A stretch of 64,000 nucleotides of DNA, taken from Raja brachyura. Taxonomy: Eukaryota. The stretch's first letter is position 1, and each line of letters opens with the position of its first letter. The translations under genes and the position numbers were made by a program. The stretch covers positions 9,114,001 to 9,178,000 of the forward strand of contig OY740788.1 of the NCBI GenBank assembly GCA_963514005.1, written 5' to 3'. This document shows, in pieces, positions 49,300-61,258 of this stretch. The notes under the pieces are model-generated. The model did no database searches and was not told the DNA's origin. It saw nothing but the letters and a program-made list of their open reading frames with translations.

Positions 49300-50300
49300 C
49301 TAAAAAATAAAGTGCTGGAGTAGCAATGGGTCAGGAAGCATCTCTGGAGAACATGGTCATGATGTTTCAGGTTGGGATTCTTCATCATTGATTGTGTGGT
49401 GGTGCTGGTGGGGAGGAGGGGGGGGTTGGATAAAGTCTGCCAAGTGATAGGGGGATAGAGGTGAGGGGGAGTATTGATAGGAATTGCAGATGCTAGTTGA
49501 CACCAAAATAGGCATAAACTGCTGGTGTAACACAGTGGGTCAAACAGCATCTCTGGAGAAAAGGAATAGATGACATTTCGGGTCAAGACCCTTCTTCAGA
49601 CTGAGTCAGGGGAACGGGAAACTAGAGGTACAAAAAGGTACAGAACTAATGAGAGCCATCATCGATGACTCAGGAAAGGTGGAGCCCACAATGGTCCATT
49701 GTTGGCTGTGGATGATGTGATAACAAAGGGATACAAACTGTGAAACTAGCAAGTTGACTAGGGTGGTGGAGGGATGGAGAGAAAGGGATTGCAAGGGACC
49801 CCGGCAGTCCTCTTCGGTGAGGCAGAGGTTCACTTGCACCTCCTCCAACCTCATCTGCTGTATCTGTTGTTCTATGTGTAGACCCCAATGTATCGGCGAG
49901 TCTAAGCACAGACTGGGAGATCATTTTGCTGGCACACCATTGCTCAGTCTGCCTTGGCCTACGAGACCTACCAGTGGCCAAACATTTTAACTCCCCTTCC
50001 CATTCCCACACTGACCTTTCCATTCTGGGCCTCCTCCACTGTCAGACTGAGGCCACTTGCAAATTGCAGAACTAGCACCTCATATTTTGCTTGTGAGCTT
50101 ACAACCCAGTGGTATGAATATTAATTTCTCCAACTTCAAGTAACCCTTGCATTCCCTCTCTCGCCTCTCTCCTCAGACTGAAGAAGGGTCCAGAGCTGAA
50201 ACGTCCCCTACCCATTTTCTCCAGAGATGCTGCCTGACCTGCAGAGTTACTCCAGCATTTTGTGTCGATCTTTGATACAAACCAGCATCTGCAGATCTTT
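49300..50300. mobile_element. Penelope-like retroelement remnants (GIY-YIG endonuclease region on +, pLTR-like pieces in both orientations)
   Basis: RQRFTCTSSNLICCICCSMC...CIGESKHRLGDHF resembles the PLE GIY-YIG (NLIY.I.C..C..YIGET). Confidence 0.7.
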
Positions 50301-52321
50301 TTTTATTATATTCTATAATACAATATCATGACTGCTAATGGCAGACAAATTGAACCTGCAGAAACCAAATTGTACAAATCAACAACTCACAATACCACCC
50401 ATGGGCCGCAGACTGCCACATGTTTCTCTGGGCTTTAAGAGGAGGGAGATACACTTCATTATATTAACCTGCATTACATTTCATTGCATTAACATTTGCA
50501 TTAACGTGGATGGAAACTTCATGAGGCATCAAAGACAGCCATTGATTTACTTGAATCGAAGCAACCATTTGTTATTAATAACTGCCAGATGTCTGAAACT
50601 CTGAGAACATCTCGACCCAGTCCTTCTCCATACACTTCCTCTCAGGGTGCACAGGCAGGTTTAATTTGAGCAGGGGGGCCCTCCCAGCAGAGTTGTGTTA
50701 CTAAAAAGAATAAACAAGCTGCTTTACATATTGAAATACAATTCTGATGCTGTGTTTTGTACCAACGGGTTCATGCTTACCACACAAAATGGGGCTGAAA
50801 GAATCAAAACCAATGGGCATGAAGACCCTCTCTGCATTTCTGTAAATTTACCACATTTAGAAACAGGCTCAAAGTACTGGTGACTGTCACTGATCATGAT
50901 TAGGTGATGGGAACGAGCTGTCCAGATGTACGTACACCTGCATTTTAGGTTCTGATGCAGCTGAGAGACTCCCACCAGCAACTTATTCTGTGTTTGCTCG
51001 AGCTGATCATAGAGATGCACCCTGATGACTGTAGTTGAAGTGATCGGGTAGATGGAAATTGGCAGCATCAAAGCAATAAACTAAGGACAAACTAAAAAGT
51101 TGCACAAGCTGCCTTTGAAACATTACCGTGGGCAGAATCCCTGTATAACGTGTTTGACCTGATGTTTGCTGATGAGAACCAAGGCTGCTCAGTGAATCAG
51201 GTTAAATGCTGAACCTGCAGCCTGGGCCACAATCAATAGACAATAAACATTAGACAATAGACAATAGGTGCAAGAGTAGGCCATTCGGCCCTTCGAGCCA
51301 GCACCGCCATTTAACGTGATCATGGCTGATCATCGGCAATCAGTACCCTGTTCCTCCCTTCTCCCCATATCCCCTGACTCCGCTATCTTTAAGAGCCCTA
51401 TCTAACTCTCTCTTGAAAATATCCAGAGAACTGGCCTCCACCGCCCTCTGAGGCAGAGAATTCCACAGACAATTCACAATTCTTTGTCCCTTGGTTCTGG
51501 ACTGAATCAGGTCTGAATCACTGTGGAAACTGGGATTTTGATTGGCTCTGAAGATGGACCATAAATATGGGTATTTACAGAGAATCAATAGTCTGCTGAT
51601 CCAGTGTAGATGAAGGGTTGCCATGTGATGAGGTCTCCAAGTGTATCCCTGGGACTGGGGAGCATACATATGAAGACAATCAGGAGGGCAAAAAGGAGGA
51701 AGGAGATATCTGGCAGATGAGAATCCAAAGAGATTTCATAAGAACATTAAAGGAAAAGTAACAAGAGAGAATAAACATGAAATATAGCCCCTCAGAAAGC
51801 AAGGGGTCATCTATGTGTGGAGCCACAGGAGATGGGGAAGGTCCTCAATGAGTCTCTCGTGTGTGTTTTTAGTTTGTTGAAAGACATGAAGGCGAGGGAA
51901 CTTGGGAATGTTAATGGAGATGTTTTCAGGACAGTCCATATTATACAGCTAAGGTGCTGCATGTGCTGAGGCACATGAAGGTAGATATATCCCCTGGGCA
52001 TGATCAGATATATCCGAGGAAATTGTGGAACGCTAGAGAAAATTGTAGGAGCCCTGGCTGATGTATAAATCATCATTAGGCACAAGTGAGGTGCTGGATA
52101 ACATGAGGGTGGCTAATCTTGTGCTTCTACTTAGGAAGGGCCTTAGGAAGGAAAAACCTGGAAACTATAGACCAGCGAGCCTAACATCCATGGCTGTGAA
52201 AGTTACAGGAGAGTAGTCTGAGGGATAAGACATATATGCGTTTGGATGGACAGGGCAGATTAGGGATAGTCAGCATGGATTTGTATTTGGATGATCATGT
52301 CTTATGAATATATATTGTCTA

Positions 52322-53810
52322 CTAGACTAAGTGGGACCCATTGTTCACATGTGAGGGCTGGTCCCCCAGTGCAATATTCCACCACTCCACCAATTCCAAT
52401 ATTGGTGGCCAATGAGGGGGGGGGGGGACTTTCTGGGGCACTCGTATGGGTGTTGTGGGCTGAAGGGACTGGTTTCCAGAAGGATAGTATGGACATTGTG
52501 GGCCGAATGGACTCTTGGGCTGACAGCTCAGTCACTCAGGCCTGGTGCGCTGGCAGCTCAGTCACTCAGGCCCGGTGGGCTGGCAGCTCAGTCACTCAGG
52601 CCTGGTGGGCTGGCAGCTCAGTCACTCAGGCCCGGTGGGCTGGCAGCTCAGTCACTCAGGCCTGGTGGGCTGGCAGCTCAGTCACTCATGCCTGGTGGGC
52701 TGGCAGCTCAGTCACTCATGCCTGGTGGGCTGGCAGCTCGGTCACTCAGGGCTGGTGGGCCGGCAGCTCAGTAACTCAGGGCTGTTTGGCTGGCAGATCA
52801 GTCACTCAGGGCTGGTGGGCTGGCAGCTCAGAAACCGCCAGAAATTCTGCCCAAAACAGGCGAGAGACTGTGAGAGAGAAGGGGGAGAGGGTGGAGAATC
52901 AATTTTAGACATTTTTCATCTTTTTCTGCAGATTGCAGCAATGAAGGAGGAAAGTATATCCTGGCCTGGATCTCACAGGGAGCCAATTAATGGTCAGGGA
53001 AAAAAATACTGGGGTGAGTTTTAATACTTGCAGGAGGAATACTTAATGATGGGCCGAAGAGACTCCTCCAGGGCTAGTACATGCGTAAAAAAAAAGAGAT
53101 AAATCTCAGTGAAAGGCCCTTTTCCGGACTATTCCTGGCCTGGCAAGGGCCTTTTAGGCCAAAATGCTCTCTGGGCTAATAAGGGCATTTGGGTCAAAAG
53201 GGATTCTGGACTCTGGGCCGAAATGAGTGGTTTCAGGTAGGCCAAACAAGCCATTTCATTTCCATTTCAAGAACAGTGCAGGCCAACAACTAATTTCATT
53301 TGCATTTCAAGCACAGTGCAGGCCAACAACTCATTTAATTTCCATTTCAAGCACAGTGCAGGCCGACAACTCATTTCATTTCCATTTTGAGCACAGTGCA
53401 GGCCGACAACTCATTTAATTTCATTTCAAGCACAGTTCAGATAAACAATTCAATTCAATTCAAGCACAGTGGAGGCTAACAATTCATTTCAAGCACAGTG
53501 CAGACTCACAGTTCAGTTCACTCACGGCATAGATTCACAGTTCTGGACTCAACTCTCACTCACGTTCTTCCAGAGTGACTGAGTCACGTCCGGCCTCGGG
53601 GGCTTTATTCTCCTGGGCCCCCGGAAGGGGCATGACCTTCATCATGGTGACATACAGGCGAGAAGACCAATCAGCTGATCTCATGATTTTTTAAACATTC
53701 ATAACTTTTTTATTATTTCACCGATCAGGAAACACCTTGGGGCGGCTGGAGGAGAGGAGGACGGTGAGTAAGATGGCAAAAAAATCATAGCGATATAGGG
53801 TAGCGTTATT
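52322..53810 (-). mobile_element. Non-autonomous Helitron of the same family as 6527-8269, 5' end cut by CR1
   Basis: Same CTAGACTAAGTGGGACC terminus and shared internal blocks; carries a 30-bp minisatellite and a second repeat. Confidence 0.7.
52521..52830 (+). repeat. 30-bp minisatellite (TGGCAGCTCAGTCACTCAGGCCTGGTGGGC), ~10 copies
   Basis: Direct tandem repeats; 10-aa periodicity in the ORF track. Confidence 0.92.
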
Positions 53811-55615
53811 TCCCTAGCCCCTAGAGCTCTATCCAACTCTCTCTTAAATCCATCCAGTGCTTTGACCTCCACTGGCCTATGTGGCATGGAATTCCACAAA
53901 TTCACTACTCTCTGGGTGAAAATGTTTTTTCTCCACGCAGTCTTAAATGGCCTCCCCTTTATTCTAAGACTGTGGCCCCTGGTTGTGGACTAGCACAACA
54001 TTGGGAACACTTTTCCTGCATCTAGCTTGTCCAGTCCTTTTATAATTTTATATGTCTCTATAAGATCCCCCCCTCATCCTTCGAAACTCCAGTGAATACA
54101 AGCCTAGTCCTTTCAAATTTTCCTCATATGCCAGTCCCGCCATCCCAGGGGTCAATCTCGTGAACCTATGCTGCACTGCCTCAATCACAAGGATGTCCTT
54201 CCTCAAATTAGGAGACCAAAACTGTACACAATACTCCAAATGTGGTCTTACCAGAGCCCTATACAACTGCAGAAGAACCTCTTTACTCCTATACTGAAAT
54301 CCTCTTGTTATGAAGGCCAACATTCCATTATCTTTCTTCACTGCCTGCTGTACCTGCACACCAATGACTGGTGTACAAGGACACCCAGGTCTCGCTGCAC
54401 CTCCCCCTTACCTAACCTAACCCCATTGAAATAATAATCTGTCCCATTCTTTTTGCCGCCAAAGTGGATAACCTCAAATTTGTCTATATTATACTGCATC
54501 TGCCACGCATCTGCCCACTCACTCAACCTGTCCAGGTCACCCTGCAACCTTCTAACATACTCTTCACAGTTCACACTGCCACCCAGCTTTGTGTCATCCG
54601 CAAACTTGCTAGTGTTGCTCCCAATTCCCTCTTCCAAATCATTAATATATATGGTAAACAGTTGCGGCCCCAACACCGAGCCTTGCGGCACTCCACTCGC
54701 CACTGCCTGCCATTCTGAAAAGGACCCGTTCACTCCTACTCTTTGCTTCCTGTCTGCCAACCAATTTTCTATCCATGTCAACACCCTACCCCCAATACCA
54801 TGTGCTCTAATCTTACTCACCGGTCTCCCGTGCGGGACCTTATCAAAGGCTTTCTGAAAGTCTAGATACACTACATCCACTGACTCCCCTCCATCCATTT
54901 TACTTGTCACATCCTCAAAAAATTCCAGAAGATTAGTCAAGCATGATTTCCCTTTCATAAATCCATGCTGACTTGGACTAATCATTTTACTGCTATCCAA
55001 ATACCCCATTACTACCTTTAATAATTGACTCCAGCATCTTTTCCACCACCGAAGTCAGGCTAACTGGTCTGTAATTCCCTGTTTTCTCTCTCGCTCCTTT
55101 CTTGAAAAGTGGGATAACATTAACTATCCTCCACTCCACAGGAACTGATCCTGAATCTACTGAACATTGGAAAATGATCACCAATGCGTCCACTATTTCT
55201 AGAGCTACCTCCTTGAGGACCCTGGGATGCAGACCATCAGGCCCAGGGCTTTTAACATCCTACAGTCCCATTAGCCTACCCAATACTATTTCTCGCCTAA
55301 TGAAAATTTCTTTCAGTTCCTCTAACCCCCTTAGATCCTCTGTCCTCCAGTACATCTGGGAGATTGTTAGTGTCTTTCTTAGTGAAGACAGATCCGAAGT
55401 AGCTGTTCAACCCTTCTGTCATTTCCTTGTTACCCACAATAATTTCAACGTGTCTGCCTTCAAGGGACCCACATTTGACTTTGCTATTCTTCTTCCCTGA
55501 AGAAGCTTTTACTGTCCTTTATATTCCTGGCCAGCTTCCCCTCGTACTTCATCTTTTCAGCCCGTATTGCCCATTTTGTTTCCTTCTGCTGTCCTATGAA
55601 AGTTTCCCAATCCCC
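53810..55615 (-). mobile_element. CR1 LINE ORF2 (RT) fragment
   Basis: [38 protein letters not shown]. Confidence 0.9.
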
Positions 55616-55619
55616 TGAC

Positions 55620-57191
55620 TCCCTTTCCCTTTAGATGTGGGAAGATTTCATTCCAAAGAGAAAGAAAGATTCTAAGGGTAGAAAGAGGCGACCTTGGCTG
55701 ACGAGAAGTCAAGGACAGTATAAACTTAAAAGAGAAGACGTATAACATAGCAAAGATTAGTGGGAAGCCAGAGGATTGGGAAGTTTTTCAGGAACCACAG
55801 AAGGTAACTAGAAAGGCAATATGGAGAGAAAAGATGAAATAGGATGGTAAGCTACCGAATAATATAAAAGAGGATAGCAAGAGCATCTTCAGTTATATAA
55901 AGAACAAGAAAGAGGCAATAGTGGACATTGGACCGCTGGAGAATTATGCAGGAGAAGTGATAATGGGGAATAAAGAAATGCCAGAGGGGTTGAATAGATG
56001 GCCGGGCGATGTACCTCAGGTCGGGGCTAGTGGTACGTCATGTGGATTTGGAGCTTCCCGACTCAACCTCTCCCGAGACCGCGAGCTACTTGATGTTAAA
56101 GTCCGCAGGCCACGGTTGGAGCAACGATCCTAGGCAAGGAATCGGCTCCGATGGCAAGTCCACACACCGCGGTGGGGCTCAAAGTCAGTCCCGAGCAAGG
56201 CCTCCAGCTCCACGATGTTAGGCCGCAGAGCGACTGGAGATACGATCTGAAAAACAATCGCATCTCTGGTAAAAGATTGAAAAAAAGTTTCCCCCGCCCC
56301 CCCCCCCCCACCCCCCACAAAAAACAAACCGTAAAACATGAACACAAACTTTTTAAGTACATTAAAAATAAAAATTAAAATTAAAAAGACAAAAAGGACA
56401 GACAGACTGTAAGCGAGGCTGCCATCGAAGCGCCACCCGGTGAAGGTGGAAAAGTCACCTGGCCGGATGGACTGTGTTCGAAGGTTCTGACAGAGGTGGC
56501 TTTGGTGATAGTGAGATTTCAACAATCACTGGAGTCAGGAGTGGTCCCAGATGATTGGAAAATTGCCAATATTACACCACTGCACAATAAGGGAGCAAAG
56601 CAGAATAGTGGGAACTCGAGGCTTGTTAGTCTGACTTGGGTGATTGGTAAGATTTTAGAGTCAATTATGAAGGATGAGGTTACAGAGTACTTAGAAGTTC
56701 ACGATAAAATAGGTTAAAGTCAGCATAGATTTGTGAATGGGAGGTCTTGCTTGACAAATTTGCTGGATTTCTTTGAAGAAGTAAATAGCAGGACAGACAA
56801 AGGAGAGTCAGTAGATGTTGTTTATTTTGATTTTCAGAAAGCCTTTGATAAGGTGCCACATGTTAGGCTTCTAAGGAAGATGAGAGCCCACGGTATCAAA
56901 GGGCAGATACTAACTAGCATGGATAGCAGGTTGGCTGGATGGCAGAAGACAAAGAGTGGCAATAAAGGGTTTTTTTCTGGTTGGCTGCCAGTGAGTAGTG
57001 GTGTTCCACAAGGGTCGGTGCTGGGGCCATTGCTCTTCACGTTGTATATTCATTATTTGGACGAGGGGATTGAAGGTTTTGTGGCCAAGTTTGCGGATGA
57101 TACAGAAATAGGTGGAGGGGCAGGTAGTGTAGAGAAAGCAGGGACTCTGCAGAAGGACTTGAACAGGTTTGGAGAATGGGCAGAGAAGTGG
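55620..57191 (+). mobile_element. Older CR1 ORF2 fragment with an unclassified insert (~55998-56440)
   Basis: [40 protein letters not shown]. Confidence 0.8.
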
Positions 57192-60100
57192 CTGAGGCCA
57201 CAAGAGGCCCAGGAGCCGTTGATGAGGGAGGAGGAACCGAAATCCGTAACATTCTAAATCCGTAACGTTCCATTCAATTAACTGGGCTTGAGGAAGCCGC
57301 TCATTGGTGGACTGAGTACGCAGCTGATTGGCAGTCAGATTCCAGCAGTTTGTAGTGTACTGTACTTTGTATTTGGTATTGTATATTTGTATTGTATATT
57401 GTATTTTGTGTTGTATCTAGGGTAAGGGAAGTATGAGTGCCAGGGCAGCTTACTGTTCTGGATGTCAGATGTGGGAGGTCATGGAGTCGGGTAGCCCTCC
57501 AGACGTCCACATCTGCGTCAGGTGCATCGAGATGGGGCTCCTAAAGGAGTGTGTTAGGAACCTGGAGCAGCAGCTCGATGACCTCCGTCTGGTCAGGGAG
57601 AGTGAGGAGGTCATAGAGAGGAGTTACAGGGAGGTAGTCTCTCCAAAACCACAGGAGGCAGACACGTGGGTCACGGTTAGGAGAGGCAAAGGGCAGAGGC
57701 GGGCACTAGAGAGTACACCAGTGGCTGTACACCTTGGAAATAAGTACTCCTGTTTGAATGCTGTTCAGGGGGACAGCCTACCTGGGGGTAGCAACAGCGA
57801 CCTGACCTGCGGTACAGACACCAGCCCTGTTGCTCAGAAGGGTAAGGAAAAGAAGAGGAGGGCATTAGTAATAGGGGACTCTATAGTTAGGGGGTCAGAT
57901 TGGCAATTCTGTGGATGCAGTTCGGAGACCCGGACGGGTAGTTTGCCTCCCTGGTGCCAGGGTCCGGGATGTGTCTGAACGTGCTGAAGATATCCTGAAA
58001 AGGGAGGGAGAGGAGCCTGAGGTCGTGGTACATATTGGTACCAATGACATAGGTAAAAAAAAGAGAAGAGATCCTGAAAGGAGAATTTAGGGAGTTAGGA
58101 AGAGAGTTAAGGAAAAGAACCGCAAACATAACATTCTCAGGATTACTTCCTGTGCCACGCGACAGTGAGAGTAGGAATGGAGCAAGGTGGAGGATAAATG
58201 CCTGGCTGAAGGACTGGTGAAGAGGGCAGGGATTCAAGTTTCTGGATCAATGGAACCTCTTTTGGGGAAGGAGTGACCTGTATAAAAAGGACAGGTTGCA
58301 CTTGAACCCGAGGGGGACCAGTATCCTGGCAGGGAAATTTGCAAAGGCTACCGGGGGGACTTTAAACTAGAATGGTTGGGGGGAGGGACTCAAATAGAGA
58401 AAGCCAGTAGACAGGGTCTGAGGAAGGAGGCAGAGGGGAAGCACTCGGACCCAACATGTAGGGGGAAAAGAAGAAAAATAATAAACAGAGAATAAGAGAT
58501 GGTGAGTTTCCAGGGCAAAATTCAAAAGGGGCCACTTGCCAACATAATTGTATAAGGAGTAAGAGTGTTGTAAAAACAAGCCTGAAGGCTTTGTGTCTCA
58601 ATGCAAGGAGCATTCGTAATAAGATGGACGAGTTGAATGTGCAGATAGCTATTAATGACTATGCTATAGTTGGGATCACGGAGACATGACTCCAGGGGGA
58701 CCAAGGCTGGCAGCTGAACATCCAGGGATATTCAATATTCAGGAGGGATAGACAGAAAAGAAAGGGAGGTGGGGTAGAGTTGCTGGTGAGAGACGAGATT
58801 AATGCAATTGAAAGGAAGGACATTAGCTTGGAGGATGTGGAATCGATATGGGTAGAGCTGCGAAACTCTAAGGGGCATAAAACGCTAGTGGGAGTTGTGT
58901 ACAGGCCACCTAACAGTAGTAGTGGAGTTGGGGATGGCATCAAACAGGAAATTAGAAATGCGTGCAACAAGGGTAAAAGAGTTATAATGGGTGACTTCAA
59001 TCTACATATAGATTGGGTGAATCAAATTGGCAGGGGTGCTGAGGAAGAGGATTTCTTGGAATGTATGTGGGATAGTTTTCTAAACCAACACGTAGAGGAA
59101 CCAACGAGAGAGCAGGCCATTCTAGACTGGGTATTGAGTAATGAGGAAGGGTTAGTTAGCAGTCTTGTTGTGCGTGACCCATTGGGCAAGAGTGACCATA
59201 ATATGGTTGAGTTCTTGTAGGATAGACAGTGACATAATTAAGTCAGAAACAAAGGTTCTGAACTTAAACAATGGTAACTTTGAAGGTGTGAGACGTGAAT
59301 TGGCCAAGATAGATTGGCAAGTGATTCTTAAAGGGTTGACAGTGGATGTGCAATGGAAGGTATTTAAAGACTGCATGGATGAACTACAACAATTGTTCAT
59401 CCCAGTTTGGCAAAATAATAAATCAGGGAAGGTAGTGCATCCATGGATAACAAGGGAAATCAGAGATAGTATAAAAACAAAAGATGAAGCATACAAATTA
59501 GCCAGAAAAAGCAGCCTACCAGAGGACTGGGAGAAATTCAGTCCAGCAGAGGAGGACAAAGGGCTTAATTAGGAAAGGGAAAATAGATTATGAAAGAAAA
59601 CTGGCAGGGAACATAAAAACTGACTGCAAAAGTTTTTATAGATATGTGAAGAGAAAGAGATTAGTTAAAACAAATGTAGGTCCCTTGCAGTCAGAAACAG
59701 GTGAATTGATCATGGGGAACAAGGACATGGCAGACCAATTGAATAAGTACTTTGGTTCTGTCTTCACTAAGGAAGACATAAATAATCTGCCGGAAATAGC
59801 AGGGGACCGGGGGTCAAATAAGGTGGTGGAACTGAGTGAAATCCAGGTTAGCCAGGAAGTGGTGTTGGGTAAACTGAATGGATTAAAGGCCGATAAATCC
59901 CCAGGGCCAGATAGTCTGCATATCAGAGTACTCAAGGAAGTAGCCACAGAAATAGTGGATGCATTAGTGATAATTTTTCCAAACTCCTTAGATTCTGGAG
60001 TAGTTCCTGAGGAATGGAGGGTAGCTAACATAACCCCACTTTTAAAAAAAGGAGGGAGAGAGAAAACGGGGAATTACAGACCAGTTAGTCTAACATCGGT

Positions 60101-61258
60101 AGTGGGGAAACTGCTAGAGTCAGTTATTAAAGATGGGATAGCAGTACATTTGGAAAGTGGTGAAATCATTAGACAATGTCAGCATGGATTTACGAAAGGT
60201 AAATCATGTCTGACTAATCTTGTAGAATTTTTCGAGGATGTAACTAGCAGAGTGGATAAGGGAGAACCAGTGGATGTGTTATATCTAGACTTTCAGAAGG
60301 CTTTCGACAAGGTCCCACATAAGAGATTAGGTTACAAACTTAAAGCACACGGGGGTTCAGTATTGATGTGGATAGAGAACTGGCTGGCAGACAGGAAGCA
60401 AAGGGTAGGAGTAAACGGGTCCTTTTCAGAATGGCAGGCAGTGACTGCTTGGGTACCGCAAGGCTCAGTGCTGGGACCCCAGCTATTTACAATATATATT
60501 AATGATTTGGACGACGGAATTGAAGGCAACATCTCCAAGTTTGTGGATGACACTAAGCTGGGGGGTGGTGTTAGGTGTGAGGAGGATGCTAGGAGGCTGC
60601 AAGGTGACTTGGATAGGCTGGGTAAGTGGGCAAATGCATGGCAGATGCAGTATTATGTGGATAAATGTGAGCTTATCCACTTTGGTGGCAAAAACAGGAG
60701 GGTAGACTTTTATCTGAATGTTGGCAAATTAGGAAAAGGGGAGATGTAACGAGACCTGGGTGTCATGGTACACCAGTCATTGAAAGTAGGCATGCAGGTG
60801 CAGCAGGCAGTGAAGAAAGCAAATGGTATGTTAGCATTCATAGCGAAAGGATTTGAATATAGGAGCAGGGAGGTTCTACTGCAGTTGTACAGGGTTTTGG
60901 TGAGACCACACCTGGAATATTGCATATAGTTTTGGTCTCCAAATCTGAGAAAAGACATTCTTGCCATAGAGTGTACAGAGAAGGTTCACCAGACTGATTC
61001 CTGGGATGTCAGGACTTTCATATGAGGAAAGACTGGATAGACTTGGCTTGTACTCGCTAGAATTTAGAAGACTGAGGGGGGACCTTATAGAAACTTACAA
61101 AATTCTTAAGGGGTTGGGTAGGCTAGATGCAGGAAAATTTGTTCCTGATGTTGGGGAGGTCCAGAACAAGGGGTCACCATCTAAGGATAAGGGGAAATTC
61201 CTTTAGGACCAAGATGAGGAAAACATTTTTCACACAGAGAGTGGTGAGTCTCTGGAAT
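57192..61258 (+). mobile_element. Near full-length CR1 LINE: 5'UTR, ORF1 (Zn-finger + SGNH esterase), ORF2 (APE + RT); inactivated, 3' end interrupted by DIRS
   Basis: ORF1 CSGC...CVRC, VIGDSIVRG, VHIGTND, LHLN; ORF2 LCLNARSIRNK, VGITET, IMGDFN, RT motifs in 59646-60749; several stops/frameshifts. Confidence 0.9.

Noticed and set aside
50330-51230. Non-repetitive-looking stretch with short ORFs
   Set aside because: No recognisable domain or convincing exon structure
52291-53024. Periodic ORFs and CRISPR-like appearance of the 30-bp repeat
   Set aside because: Contiguous tandem units without unique spacers in eukaryotic DNA; a minisatellite inside a Helitron
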